Source: Cyanophora paradoxa CCMP329 (lineage: Eukaryota; Plantae; Glaucophyta). From it: a DNA stretch of 64,000 nucleotides. The stretch covers positions 62,001-126,000 of the forward strand of contig QPMI01000603.1 of the NCBI GenBank assembly GCA_004431415.1, read 5' to 3'. Positions 34,383-48,900 of the stretch are shown here, one piece after another. Each line of letters begins with the position of its first letter. Position 1 is the first letter of the stretch. A program made the position numbers and the translations under genes. Under the pieces are notes generated by a model. That model saw only the letters and a program-made list of their open reading frames with translations, was not told where the DNA came from and did no database searches.

Positions 34383-35210
34383 TAGTGCGTTGAGGCTCAG
34401 CGAGATTTAGGCCGGCCGGAGTTCGGAGAACTTCGGACTCAGTGACTCTTCAAATTCGGACTTTAGATGAACGGAACAGGGATCGGACACTGCAGTTGCA
34501 CTGCCCCTGTTGGAGGGGAAGGACCTCGAACCGTTGAGCAGGAAAGGCGAGCCTCCTCGGAGCCGGCGCCAGTCCGCCGCCACTGGGCCACTGGCCCGCC
34601 AGCCGGGACTGATCATGATCCGGCGCCGGCCCGGCGGGCCGCGGCGGCTCCCGGGAGTACCCTTAAAAAGCTTAAGGGCGCGCGTTTCCGCGGGGGGTCG
34701 AAACATTTTTCATGTTGCGAAAAACAATTCGGGCATTTTTCATGTGCCGGCCGGCGCCCGGCGGTTGGAACCTATTTTTCATCCCTCCCCTCCGGAGTCC
34801 GGAGCCCGGGCCCCGGGCCCCGGGTTCCGGCAACTTCCGGGGCCCCCCGGGCCCCGGCCCGGGCCTCCGGCGCCTCCGAGGCGGCCGCGGCCCGGCGGCC
34901 CGGGCCGCCGCCGGCCCGGCGGCGCCTGGCCCGCTCGGGGCCCGCGGCCGGGCCGGGCCGCTAACGTAGTACCAATTGCAATGCCTACCATCGAGCATCG
35001 CCACGTGCACAGCCTACCACTGGGGTGGCACTGGCTACCAGTAGGCTGGGCCTGGCTGGCAGTAGCCTGGCTAGGCGCCGGCCAGCCTGGCAGATTTCGG
35101 GCTGGATTTTCGGCGCATTTACGTTAATTTGGTACCGCTTCAATTAAGTGACCGCGGTAATTTATAGTGCCCTATGTATGTTCCTTGGCCTGGCTGCGGA
35201 GGCTACGGTA

Positions 35211-35741
35211 CCGGATAACAGAATATTAATATTAGTGCACGCATAATATCAATGCGTCCCCAATTTCATGCGTTTTCTGCCGTCAAAATGCATTAATTTG
35301 GGGGGGGGGGCATTAATAACAGAACGCTAAAAGAAACTGCAGTCAGTAGAACTCAGTGCCCCCCTCATGCAGGCGAGGAAGGAAAAACGCATTAATTTGG
35401 GGCGCATAATTACTAATTTGTTTTTGTGAATAACCGGCCACAGACTCTAGACACCAGCACTGCGGGGGCTGCCCAGGGGGCACAGGGACAAAAACTAAGA
35501 CAAGAGGACAAAAAACAACCAGCCATATTCGCGATCGGGGTCCGGGTCGAAATAAGCATTAAATATTCCAGGCTAAGCTCCTCCTTCAATTTCCAGCCCC
35601 CGCGGTGCTGGTTACAGGCTCTTACTTACAGCTGGTACGTGTCTAGCTACATGTAGAGACTTTGGCCGGTAATTCACCAAAACCGCATTAACTAGTAATA
35701 TTGAGTGCATTAATATTGTCACATATTATTGTGTTACTCAG
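35211..35741. mobile_element. TA-flanked MITE of the ATTAATGCG family (long variant)
   Basis: TA|CCGGATAACAGAATA ... TATTGTGTTACTCAG|TA, degenerate TIR. Confidence 0.7.
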
Positions 35742-36938
35742 TATGTGTTAACTTGCCCGGCCCGACCCGGCGGCGCCGGCGGAACTTGACCCGAGGGGAA
35801 GTGAGTCCATTCAAGTGACCCGGGTCACCCGGCCCGCCGGGCCGGCCCCGGCGCCCGGGCGGAATTTTCCCGAAGTCCGACGGTACCGGTACCCCGGTCC
35901 TGCTCACTCCGTGACGGCGCGGCGCTTACCCGGTACTCTAGGCTGGTCGATCGATACCAGTATGATGGCAGTATCTGAGGCTGAGTATAATGCCATGATG
36001 CCATGATGCGGGTTCACCCGGTTCAGCCTTAAAGCTTTCAGGGGTTCATGGGTACCGATTCTTCTGGCTTGACTCGAGCTCGCGATCGGTGTCGATTGCA
36101 GTGCACTGCGGCGGCTTGCAGCTTGCATGAGCTTCGGAGTTGCGTTGCCAAGTTGGCGTGCACGCAGCACGCCATGATGTTGTTCTAGGCGGCGCCGGGC
36201 GATCTGCAGCGCGTTACTAGGCTATAGCTAGCGAGCTCGAAGTGCAGCGCGATCCCGAGCTCCCGCCGCCGGCGGCGGCAGTGCGCGCCGCGCGCGTCTC
36301 AGCTACAGCTAGCGCTGCAGGCTCTAGCTATAGATCTGCATTTCCCGTCCAGCTGCAGCATTCTCGGAGCAGATGATCATGAGGATCGGCGTCGACGTCT
36401 AAAGCGACGTCGACGATATTCTATAATCTATAATGAGGCACAAACGCGCACCATCCGCTATGAATATGTACGTCGCCGAGGCAGACGCGCGGGGGCGACA
36501 ATGGCCATGGCACTGGCATATACAAGAGAGTGTGTGCGTGTACAAGCATATACCTGCCCTCGAGCTCGGAGCTCGAAGACACCGCACGTAAGTGCACGGC
36601 TCCAGCTGCAGCTTTCCGCTCAGGGTCATTCGAATTCGCGCGCGCGTGACTCGTACTGCCGGCCGGCCTCTGCAGCGCCTTCGCAGGCCTGGGTCTCAAG
36701 TCTGTGCGACCCGTTCCCCCCTCGCTCGCGATCGCCGGCGCTGTCCTCCTCCTGTGGATCCGAGCCATCACCGCTTCCGGCGCCGGGCCCCGCTCCCAAG
36801 GTGTGCTTCTCACTTGAGCCCCGCGGCTGGCCCTGAACTTTCGAGTTTGCTGCGACCGTTCAGTGTAATCCATTCCGCCCAATTTAACCTGCCGCTTATA
36901 ATTACCCTTCCCTGCATTCTTGTGTTTTGAGTATACAA

Positions 36939-39900
36939 TGCACCTTCCCAAATCATCAACCCAGCCCCTGCCGCTTACCTCTGCCCTCCTATTTAAGACA
37001 CTCCGGCTCGGTTCCTGCAATTTTAACGAAGGAGTTGTGTATCGTCACTGCACATTAACGCTCACCTTCAGGGGCATTTTTTGGCAACTCGGGCTCTCCA
37101 TTTACTGAGCGCTACGTGTTAATTCCTTCTTTTCCTCTCGGCACCCCAGTGGTGCGCTGTCCACATGTATATACGTACATGCGCAGCCAAGTGCACGCCA
37201 GTGCTCGCCCGTGGCCAGGCCCGGGGTAACAAGAGTTCGTTTCCAGACTTTCGAATTCTGGATTCGGATTCCTCAGGTCCAAGGCCTGTATCCAAGGTGC
37301 GTACATATGACTCGTTTCGCTCGAGCCCGGCACTTGCTCTCGCTCTATCCACAGTGCTGACGCCCACGTGCACCGGTCATTAAATTGGAAGGGTCTTCGA
37401 CTTCGCGAATGGCGCCGGAGTTGAGAACCTGCTCCTCCACTTCTGTGCCCCTAGCTTGGGCTGTCCTGTGCGATCCCGCGAGCAGCCGCAATCCCCAATC
37501 ACCGCGATTGTGCCTCTCGCTGCCTAACTGGTCGCATATCTCCTCCGGATATCGATGGCGCAGGGAGGCATCGGAAAAGAGAACTTTCTTCTACAATACA
37601 GAGGCGCGAACGCTGGTGTTGTCTTGCTCAACACAATCGTATTTGGAGGCCCAGAGGGAGGCATCCCGGTCCGTTAAAACGTTTTTATTCGACGGAGGAC
37701 CGGAGCGGCGCGCGGCCGTCTAAAAGACCTGTTCCGTGCGCAGATCGACAATTATTTCCATCACATAGTAGTGTCCTGTTCTTCATCGAAGACCACCGCT
37801 TACCGTTCGTTGACGTTTTTTCTGGCGTTGTGCTCACTAAGCTCCGTTTGTGCACTTACGTGATCATGGCCAAACGCGCTTCCGTTCGTTCAGTGAACGG
37901 AACCGCCGGCACTGCTGTCCCGGTGTCGGGGGCTTCGACGGCGGCCGCTGTCCCCAGCTTAACGCGCTCATTGATGTACATTGGGAGAAGCCAGTGGGCA
38001 TCTGATCGGTACCCTACGTCTGTGCGACTCGCAGGTTCGCTCATGCACTGATCGATCCCCTCTGACTTTGAATTTGGCACACCTGGAAATGACCTGATGT
38101 GCGCATGCCTGACGCCACGTATATCCGTAGATTTTCGCATCTACTCCCGCGACCTGTCGGCCGCAGAGGCGGCCGCAGCATACAGGGGGGTCGCCCCCGC
38201 GGCCCCGCTCGAGCTCTCGTACTCGATGAAGGGCTGTCGCGGACAGGTGCGGGCACGAGGCCGTCGACGTCTATCGAGCTTTTTAGCTCTCGCTTTAAAA
38301 CGTTCGCGAGAGAGCTGCGCTTGCGTCGCAGATACTCGACGAATCGCCGTTCAAGCGACACGGAACGGTGATCGGAGACATGCACCCGTTCGAAGACTGC
38401 CCGGGATCGAAGCAGGGCGCGCGCGGATACTGGCTGTCTCTCGCGCAGTCTATGGTGTCCTCTTGAGCTCCCTTTTCGCAGGATTGTATTTCGGAACCAG
38501 CCTTTCGGGAGGCGATATTAGTGCAACTACGCGATACGTTCTCGCGCCTGCCTTCCCGCTGGGTGCTCCTATGGTCCGTCCCAATTGCGAAAATTCTTGT
38601 TGGATCATTTGAAGCGAATCGTTGATTAATAATTTCCAATGAAGACGTTCACATTCTGGATATCGCCTCGGCAGCGAAATAATAAACTGTTCACTCGGTA
38701 AGTATGCATCTCCGGATCTTGACTGGAAGAAACGATTTCTCGCCACATAAAGCTTATACCCTATTGAACAGCGTTTTAGACTTTGGAGCGCCCTCTACGA
38801 GCGGGTTTGCTGTCAGCCTTTGCGATGTCGATGGCCAGTGCTCTGTGAGTGCAGCAACTCTCTAGATCTGTCGCAGAGCGTCAAAGGGCAGCGCTAGCAA
38901 ATTTTGACAGGCTCCTGCGCATGCTCAGGCCGCTAGCGGAACGGTCGGTGTTCGATTAACTGCGTACACGGCTTCGTCTTCAGACATATTCGACGTCTTC
39001 GGTGGAAACGCGGGCATTCCGGTTCGCCGCTTGCGCAGAGATCGAATCTAATCCAAAACGCGTAAATATATTCAGATTTGGGAATTTAACATGCGCCCTC
39101 ACCCTCCCCTTCCCCCCCCCCCCCCCCAAAAAAAAAAAACCACACACACACTCCCGAAATTGTAGATCTGAGTCGACTTGCTGCACATGCGCGTACGCGT
39201 GCGCAGGTGAACGGAAACTTTCATCACTGCGCGGTGACCGCTGATATATATATAGAGTTTGTTGCAAATTACGTCCCGCGGCCGTAATTTCAATCTAAAC
39301 TAATACACACGAACCAGGTTGTCGTCGCGGAATCGTCAACATCGTTCTTCTTCAATGGCACGTTGATTTCGACGACAACGGTCTTTCCTCGGAGCGCAGT
39401 TTCAAGTCTGGCGGGCTCCTTCTTAATTGGGCGGAGTAACATCGACGCTCCAGCTACGCACCCTGTCAACACCTACTTGGCCGGTGGGCGCCCTTGAGCT
39501 TGCTAAATCTGTGTTGACGTTGATGGAGCCATTTTAAATTGTGCCACAGACTTCCGCGTCTTCTCCAAAGCGCTCACAGCGGCAGAGGTGCTCGCCGACT
39601 ACCGCTATCAAGGCGACTCGCCCGCATCGGCTCTCGAGCTTTCATACACGTTCAAAGGATGCCGCGGCAAGGTGCCCACATGCTAGCATTTCGTGACTTC
39701 CAAGTCATTGCGAGCAAGCAATTGACTCCGAGCGATCACGGCGACAGGTGAATGACGAGTCGGGGCGCGGCCGCCACGGCACGGCCGTTGGCGACGTGGT
39801 TATTGTGGAAGTATGCGAAAGCCCTCGGAGCGGTGCGCCGCTTAGCTTCTGCATGCTCGCGTTGTTCTTGAGGATCGCGATCGAGGATGAAATTCGCAGG

Positions 39901-42900
39901 TGTCTACTTCGGCTCTTCCCTAGACCTCCGGCGCCATGTGGACATCCCTCCCTTTGCACTCGGCTCTCCCTTCACCATCGCCGCCTGGTGCGCCTTGGGC
40001 TTGCCGCACATTGGGCTTGCCCGGTGCGCCCCGCAGATCGTGACATTCGCTGATGATAAAAAAATGCATTGCACCGCAGGATTGCACTGCAGACAGTGAC
40101 TGGAGATTCGGATGGTTTCGTTGAATTTCGAGACAGCTTTCAGACGAATTCAAATAATTTCATGTGGTACTCTCGAGCCATTCCGAAAATTAAATCTTAA
40201 AAATAAGTTTATAAGCTGACGGCCCTGATGCGGGGTTAGGTATTTTTGCAGTCCAGGTGACGTCGATGACGACGAATTGCAGAATCTTTACAACTTTCCC
40301 TGCGATGTCCGTCCCGCTCGCCTGCACGCGCGTGAGAGCGATGTATTTTTCAAGTATGCATTCCAACTGGCCGCGACGGCAGGCACCCGCTGGAAAGACC
40401 GCAATGGGCCTCGCGCTTGCAGTGGACTCTACTTGGGTCGTCCGGCTGCAGATGTTCACGGGGGCGAACGCGATCCCCGTCGACGGGTCGTGGCATCACG
40501 TCGTTCTTGTTGTGACCGACTCACTTATTACAACGTACCTCGACGGACAGGCGAGGGCGCACACGAAGACCGGGACGGGCCTTCCCGGCAGAGCCGCATT
40601 TATCCCGACCATCACGCGGCAGCTCCACCGACTCGGTTCTGCCGGGGATACGCGGAACGCCCGAGACATGTACATGTCCGGTTAGTAATTATATAAAGCA
40701 GCTTGCTGCGAGTCTAGTCTCGTCTCGTGCTCTGCGGATCATGAAGCTGTGCAGACTTCGGAATTTGGAGCGATGCCCTCACTGCGGCGCAAGTGCAACT
40801 TTTGTTTGAAGACGACCCGCGACCAAGAACTCTTTCATCGACTCAACTGTTTCTGCCATTCTCAGGTTGTGGCTCGACGGTAAATATGTGCAGATCCGGA
40901 GATATATGCGCTTCGACAATATATCAATGTTTCTCGCGTGCCAAACAGGCGAACGACACAAGCGGCCGGGAAAGACATGCGAGCCTCGTAGGGGACGTCG
41001 CTATTCTGACGGACTGTGTCCCCCCGGCTGATAGCACAAGTGCGCACTGCCCCGATCCGAGTACAAATCTCTTGCATCATTCCTTCTTTGATTATTTTGA
41101 TTTCACGCTACCCCCCACCTTCTCCCCTTCCCTCCGCCCCCCCATTCCCTCCTTCCCCTCCTTCCCCCCCCCCCCCCCCCCCCCCCCGCCTTCCCTTCTA
41201 TTTCCTCTCCTCCGCCTCCCCCCCACCCCCCCACCCCACCCCTCCGCCGCCCCCAGTCTTCTCCCCAGCCCCAGCTTTGTCTCTGCGCATGCATTGCTCT
41301 AATTCCGCCGTCTAGGTCAAACGGCAGTTGCCAACGCAAGGCCTGCAACGGGCGTGTATTTCGGGCACAGTGGAGCGTCGGAGTTGACCACGAACGATTA
41401 CATCAATTCGCCGACGTTCGTGCTCGGGACGCCATTTACAGTCAGCTTCTGGTGATTTCGCATCGTCATCGCAAGCTTGAGTGCTGCTTGACTCACACTG
41501 GAGCAGGATTATGCTGCGGAGGCCGCCCAGAATGCGAGGGCCCATTGTCAACTTCAACTCGGGGGGTACTACGGGTGACACGCTCTGGATTAAGCTCGAG
41601 CGGTATACCTGTATCTGATTTCTGTGCCCATCGGCAGATAGCCTCGTTATCGCATTCTGCCCTCAAGGCGAGTCATGGACCGACTACTCAGGAACCGTCA
41701 CCTGTTCGGTGATCAGAATTTCGACGTCGAGAGCTATGCGGTACATATGCGTTGGCTGACGGACCTCTGATTGTTCGCCGCCGGCGTCAGATGAACGCAG
41801 GCAGCACCGGCCTCTTGCTTCTCCTTTACACGGGGGCTGGACCACAGACAGTTAGCCTCAGCCCATTTCTGGGTGCGCTTGCATTTTAGAGTTTCTTATA
41901 CATCTAGAGTTGATTACTTCGCACACGCATTTCTTATTGGTTCGAATTTTCCGAAGGCGCCAATGGCATCCCCATCGATGGACGCTTTCACCACGTCGCG
42001 ATTACTTTTGCGGACAATGCAGTCTTAACGTACTTGAATGGAACGCTTCGGCCGCACTCTAAAACTGGAACAAACCTTCCAGCTGCAGCCGCCGCGTGGC
42101 CCAAAATACAGCGCACGCACCACTGGATCGCTCGGTCGCCAGGGGGCGAACCAGGCGTTGCAGCCATGGCCCTTTTCGGTTTGTGGCTTGCCCACGCTTC
42201 TGTCTCAGCGCTCCATCGCGATGTCTCTCAGCGCTGTTGCAGACTTTAGGATTTATTCCGCTCTCCTGACGCAAGCGGAAGTGATAGACGTCCTCGCTGG
42301 TGCTATGGCCACCGCTCCGCTTGAGCAGCGGCTGGCATTCGATGGCTGCGGTACTGTGGTGCGCAAAATGAAAGCTTAAGGGAGCGCGCCCGGCGCAGCC
42401 GCACTCATTTCGTGCTCGCGATCGCTAATATAGTACCTCGCAGGCATTGGATTCGAGTGGCTGGAAAAGGCACGCGCAACTTTACGGTGACACTTCTTTG
42501 CCGCGCAGTTGCCCAGCCCCTGGTTCGCAATCACTATCTGCATGTAACGGCTGTCGACGTACGTTTCATCAAGCTGCGTAACGCGCGAGCAGCGGCTTCA
42601 GTCTTCCTTTGGGGAAGCGGGTGGAATGGCCACGTCGCCCTTCCGGCGTTCACGTTAGGCACCCCGTTCACAATCTCGTTCTGGATCAATCCCCGAAAAT
42701 CCCAACTCGCGTGCGCGCCTACTCTAAAACTTCGCAATTGTCGGCTAATAGGCGTAATGACTGATGTTTTTATTCTGCCGCTTTGTAGGCGCATCTTAGA
42801 GTTTGGAACCGGGTCTGGCCAGGACAGCATTGTCATCGGACTCCTCCCCAAGGGAACCGTCGTATCCGATAGGACCGTTTCCAACGCGCAGATCACGGGC

Positions 42901-45900
42901 TCGGTGGGTCCGGGACCACTGCCTGCATTTGCAGCCGATCGGAAACGTTCCTGATATCGCGCGCATACGGGCAGGCGAAGGATGGCGCTATAAGCCTTAC
43001 TGTGCTTGCTTACAGCGGCAGCTCCGCCGTCGTCCATCTCGAGGCGTTTGGAGGCGCCAACAGCATTCAGGTATATGCGTACATACAATTGATGCATGTT
43101 TACTTTGTTCGGACAGCGGCGTCATTCTGGGCTCTCTTTTTTTGCAGATTGGACAGTACTCTCACATTACTCTGATCTTCACTGCTGCGGAAATATACAC
43201 GTATTTGTGAGCCCCGTCCCCCGTCTCTCCCCATGGCCAAACCCCACACGCGTATCCCGCCTTCCTCCCTGCGCATTCACTGGACTTTGCGCTTCATAGA
43301 AACGGTACAGTTCGGCCTCACTCCAAGACGGCCGCGGGGGTCGCGGGCGCCAGCGCACCACTTACGCGAGTCGGACGAGAGGCACACTACATCGCGAGGG
43401 GCCAGCGGGGCGAATCTGGCCTCAATGACGGATACCTCTCCGGTTCTTACCCTTGCAATTGCCACTGCAGCTGCCCCTTGCGCTGTGTTGGACCCTTGCG
43501 ATCGGGCTTCTCGCAGACTTTCGGGTGTACAGCGCAAATCTGTCCGCGGTGCAAGCGCTCGAGCTGTTCCATGGCGAGCAAGCCGACGCGGATGCGATGC
43601 TTGAACTTCATTACGTCTTTGATGAATGCAACGACATGGTACGTATGCGTATGGCGTACATATGCGCACACGTAGTTGTCTTTTGCACCCTAGAGCGAGC
43701 TTCTCTGCACTTCATTAGATATTGCGAGCTGCGTGCACGTGCTTGCATCGTACCCGGTGTGCGTTTCTGACAGACTGCGTTGTGGAACATGTACAGGTGA
43801 CGGACCGGTCAAGAAAAGCGCGCGATGGATTTATTATCGGAAAAGCCACGCAATTCGGTGGGCCGTGCCCGCTACAGCCTCCTGACGCATGTGCGCTTTT
43901 CAGCGATAGAGCTTCTCCGCTCGTTTGCCCTGAACCTCATTATATAACCCGCAGTCCTTGTTTTTGGAACCAAGGCCCTAGAAGGCGGCGCAGTCGACCA
44001 AACTGAGCGAGTTCTTGTAACTCCTTCATTTGAGTTGGGCACTCCTTTAACGATCGCGTTCTGGTTCGACTTCAATTTCATTGAATGTCCACAATCGTGT
44101 TCAATTAATTAAACGAATATCGCGTGGGCATTCACAGGCTGCGCATCAACACAAGTCAGGCAGACCCGAATGCTCTTTCGCGCATCTTGGATTTTGGAAA
44201 CGGAGTTGGGTCGGACAATATTGTACGTGATCAATTGTGTTCATTGATATTGCAGATGCTGTTTGTATCTCGCTCACGTGCACGTCACGGGAGATTTTGA
44301 GCTTCTGTGGTCCCCCCGGCGCATCCCCTTCCGACGCGGAATGCGAGGTGCGGGCTCGGACGAAGAATAACAGCTGTGAAATCGTTCATTCGCTCACTCT
44401 TACACTTAAACATCCCGCACAGCCGCACAGGAGAGCAGGCTACGAGACGCTTGTGCTTGCGGTATATGACGGGACCCAGCTGAAGCAACGGATGGCTGTC
44501 TTTCTCGCAAACGACAGCCTCAAAACGGACAGTACCTGGCGCCACGTCGCGCTGGTACTGACCTCGGATGCGTATAACGCGTACCTTGATGGCATCCACC
44601 GTCCGAACGCTAGAGCGTCGCGCCTCATGCCCGGGACGGGCACAGTTCCCAAGCGGACTCGGACCACGCACTACATCGGCGCCGGCTGGCCAGCCGGCTC
44701 TGGGCCCTATGCGTTCGGCATCGAGCTGGCGGACTTCCGGGTGTACTCCGCGGCGCTTTCGAGGGACCAGGTCGGCGACGTGGCGCGAGGCGCCGTGGCC
44801 CGGGACCGACCCCCTCTGGAGCTGTACTACAAGTTCGACGCGTGTGGCGGCACAGTGCGTGACAGTGGCGCCGCTCCCAAACGTGATCTCGCTTTCAGCC
44901 GACTTTTGTCCAGGCGGTGGATCACTCGGGCAAAGGAAGGCCGGGAACAATGTACGGCGACCTCGGCCCGTCACGGCAGTGCCCCATGCCTGCCCCAGGT
45001 GCCTTATACCGCTGCCGTATCTGGCTTTGGTAGCCCTTCACATCTGCGAATTCGAAGGCGCCTTCTTCGGCACGAGCGAAATAGGAGGCAGCCCCGCTTC
45101 AAAGCATAGATACATCGAGGTTCCTGCGTTCGGTCTCGGTACACCTTTAAGTATCGATCTGTGTTGCGACGGCGGCGGCTTTTCTCTTTTTTTCAATCAC
45201 ATGATCGGTCTTGAACATTTACAGATATGAGTGCGCAGGGTCAAAGTTCCAAGACAGACCGCGATTCTCAACTTTGACCGAATCATGGGTAATGTTAAAT
45301 TTCTACAGCTGCTTCAGATGCTATCAATCACCCAAATATCACACTACAGATTTCGGCTGCGGCCTCGATTGCAATAACATCGTTCGTCAGAGTTTCACAG
45401 ATTCCTTCTCGTAGCGTATTCAGATCAGAACGTTAATTGCTGTCGGTGCAGGTTGTTGCCTGGTGTATTCCTGGAGGATCTGGAACCACAGCCCCGTGCA
45501 ATGTGCGCATTGCTTTCTAGATCTCTTTTCATCACTGAGTCTGATGCAAATTTTTACGTATACGCATGTTTGCAGAGCAATCCAACCGCAACAGGGATGG
45601 CCTTGATTATTCAGTTTTACACATCATCAATGTATTACGAAACGATAGCCTTCAGAGACGACAACAACTTGCCCAAGAACGGCTTTTGGCACCACGTGGC
45701 TTTGGTGGTCTCGAGCACTGAGTTCCGCACATACCTGAATGGTAGCCAGGTGCCGCACTTGAAGACCGGACAGGCAGGCGGGTCTGGCACAACCGTTGCG
45801 AATATTGTCAGGCCCCTTCAGTACATTGGACGTAGTCTTTGGGCGACTGAGAGCCCGTCCGACGTTTATTTATCGGGTGCGCTTCTTTCAAACTCCACCG

Positions 45901-48900
45901 CAATGAATAGAAAATCCCCAAGTTTATAATTAGTTAACGTCTTGTCGGAAGGATTTCGTATACACTCCGCGGCGCTCTCGGCCATCCAAGTCATGGAATC
46001 CTTTCTGGGCGCACAACCAGCCGCTCCCGTCGAGCTGCATTACAAACTAGACAGCTGCGGGAGCACGGTAAGCGCGAGCTGGCCGGTCCCGAGCCCCCCG
46101 AGCTATGCATATATATGGGTTCCGGTGTCGTCGTCGACGTCTGAGCCTCCCTCCGGTCCCGCCGGCGCCGCTGATACCTCCTTTAATTCCCGGCGCAGCC
46201 CGAAGGCACACTGTCCGGCAAGGACGTGCCAGACTCAAGCGGGCGGGGCCGCTCGGGCAAGTTTTTCGGCGACATCGCTATGGCCTGCCCTCCTCCGGAC
46301 TCAGGTTACTTTGGCTTCAGCTTTCAATTGTAATTTGCGCTTTTGCCACGCTCAAGTTTCACGCGCCATCAGGGATTGTTTTTGGGACATCGGGAGGGGC
46401 CAAGGCTGAGAGATATCTGGACATGAGCGACTTCTTTGCGAGCCGAACTCTCGTGTATCCTCTCTCATTTGAAGTGAGTCGCTGTCGCTCACGTATCGGC
46501 TTTTTTCACCATTGTCCAGTCTTGGATATATCCGAACACTATGCCGGATTATGCAAGTCGCTGGTTGCAAATCGGATCCGGCACAAGCGATTCCCTGGTC
46601 CGCCAACTTTTTCAGCTTTGCCCTGTATCTATGATGCTAAAATAGCGATGTTACTACCGCAGTGGTTTTATACCTGCCCGTGCTCACATTCAAACTGCGA
46701 GTACAAGTGCCAAAGCAAAGACGGATACTTGTTACATCAAAATAGCATGCAGAGCTCAGTATTCGAAGCGGGACTTCGCGTTGCTGTGGGCTTTTCTTTT
46801 GTACCGGTCCTCACATTTTTCTGTCTACAAGTTTGAGAATATGTTGCGATTGCTGACGTCCTTGCTCGACCAGCTTCAGCGCTGGACGCATCTCGTCGTC
46901 ACGTTCAGCGCCCCCAGCGGCGGGCAGTCCACTGCGCGGGCTTACAAGAACGGTTTGCTCGTCGCAACGCAATCTGTCCGAGACCTGCGGTCGTCTGCGC
47001 AATCATTAGCGTATATCGGGCGTTCTTTTATTGCGGTGAGTCCAGGACTGAATCTTAACGTACACGTGCTGCAGCTGGTTAAAGTGTATTGACCGTTTCC
47101 ACGCCCCCGGATCGCTTGCAATGCAGGGTGATCCTTACGCTGTGGACACTTCTATCGGCGGTAATTATGAACTTTGAAATAAGCGAAATGCGGCTTACTT
47201 CAGCATATTTGACTGGTGCGATTGCGCAGCTTTTCGTTTGTACGGTTCAGAACTCTCTGCGAGCCAAGTCCGTCTTGCGTACGCCAGCGCGAACGCCCCG
47301 CTTGCGGTTCCCGCGCCGCCCATCGTCGAGTACTTGTTCTCGGACGTCGACTGCGCGGTGCGCTAGCTTTACCGAATGCGCAAGGCAATTCTAGTTAGAG
47401 CTTTTGGCTACGTACACGTGTTTGCGCATCCGCAAACACCGACGCAAAAGGTTTTGGGGCATGCTCGCAGACAAACCGGACGCTCACCTCGTCGGGCGAG
47501 CCTCCAGGAGCCAAAATTGTTGGAGATGCAAGCGTCATCACGATCACCTCGCAGCCGTGTTCAGCTGCTATACCGGCCCTCCCAGCACCGTTCATCTTAT
47601 CGGCGATTTCCACGGGTCCGGTGACGGTACTTCTGACAGCGAACTTCACGGCCGGCGTCGGGATCTTGGCACTAGACGTGACTTGCAACGCCCCCGGTGC
47701 ACCGACGGGAGGTTATGTAGCCTCCGTTTCTGTGACCGACGCAGACGCGGCCGGAGCCGCCCTGTCCGTCTCGGTGGAGCTCTCGTACGGTGGATCATAC
47801 GTCGCTTCATGCTCTGTGAAAGCAACGGACCGCATGACCGGCAGAGCCTCACCGGAGTCAGCACTTGTCAATGTCACAGTTCCTCCGGTACCCGAAATTC
47901 TTTTGAAGCCGTTCTTCTTCTCATTGACTGTGTGCGTATGTAGGGGAACTCCATTGCGGCGCAGAACGCTCTTCTTCCTTCGGGAAATACGGGCGCGAGC
48001 AACGCATTTTCTCGAGTTGGTACGTGGAGGATAATTGAAGTTTCTGTGACGCTATAGCTATACGTATACGTCTCCATTTGGCAACCTCGCCGCAGGAAAC
48101 GCCGTCATTCCGCAGGAGAGCGGCCGAATCGTATTCGTCACACCGCTCGCAAACTACCTCATTGGACAGAAACCCGCATCTCACCGCCTTGGTTTAATCA
48201 CGCGGACTACAGAGGAATTCACGTACTGCGACTTCGACCTCGACAGCAACCGCTGTTCCTTCGTACAGGGGCTTGCGGATGTGTGCACATGGAACAGAAA
48301 ATCGTCAATCCTATATATAGAGATGCTGGCCGTGGCGAGATGCTAATGTCAACGTTAACCCTTTTCCTTTCGTTCAGCTACTTGGCGATGCCGAACCCAC
48401 TGACTTCGCGTATTCGTCCATGACTCCGGTTATCACGCTCGCACTGCTTTTTTGATGAAATCGTGCTCGAATGTCGTTTAGAAATTGATTGTTTGTTCAG
48501 TGGCCGGCCAAGAATTGCGATGCCCGTTTCGCCCCTGGCAACCTCACTGCATTCCAGGCGCGAATCCGATCGCATACATTAAACCCCCAAGTGAGACGCA
48601 GACAGACACACGCTCATTCCGAAGCAGAACAATTGGCCGTGGACATCTCACGCTTACTTGAACGCGAGCGATCTCGTCGGATCCACCGTTGCATCCGTCT
48701 TGCGCCCTCCTTCCGACTGCGTTGGTTTCGGCTGCTACTCGTATTCTGCGCAAAGGTGGGCGGCGTACGCGTTCGGCAGGTGCATGCCGGCCCCATACGG
48801 GCCCATTCGGAGCTGGCCCGCGGGTCTGTGTGGGGGCGCCGGGCCGTACGATTTTATCACCACGGCGGCCGCATGGGTGCACGACTTCCGCCATTTCTAC

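Larger units (their letters stand above)
31971..35643. repeat. Segmental duplication, copy B (matches 25323-27713, with extra 33177-34473)
   Basis: Direct sequence identity. Confidence 0.95.

Noticed and set aside
33177-34473. Single element with 5-bp TSD GAACA
   Set aside because: No terminal repeats; the content is a composite of smaller elements; microhomology deletion in the other copy is equally likely.
41110-41275. Proline-rich protein segment
   Set aside because: Poly-C/pyrimidine tract within an intron between LamG exons.
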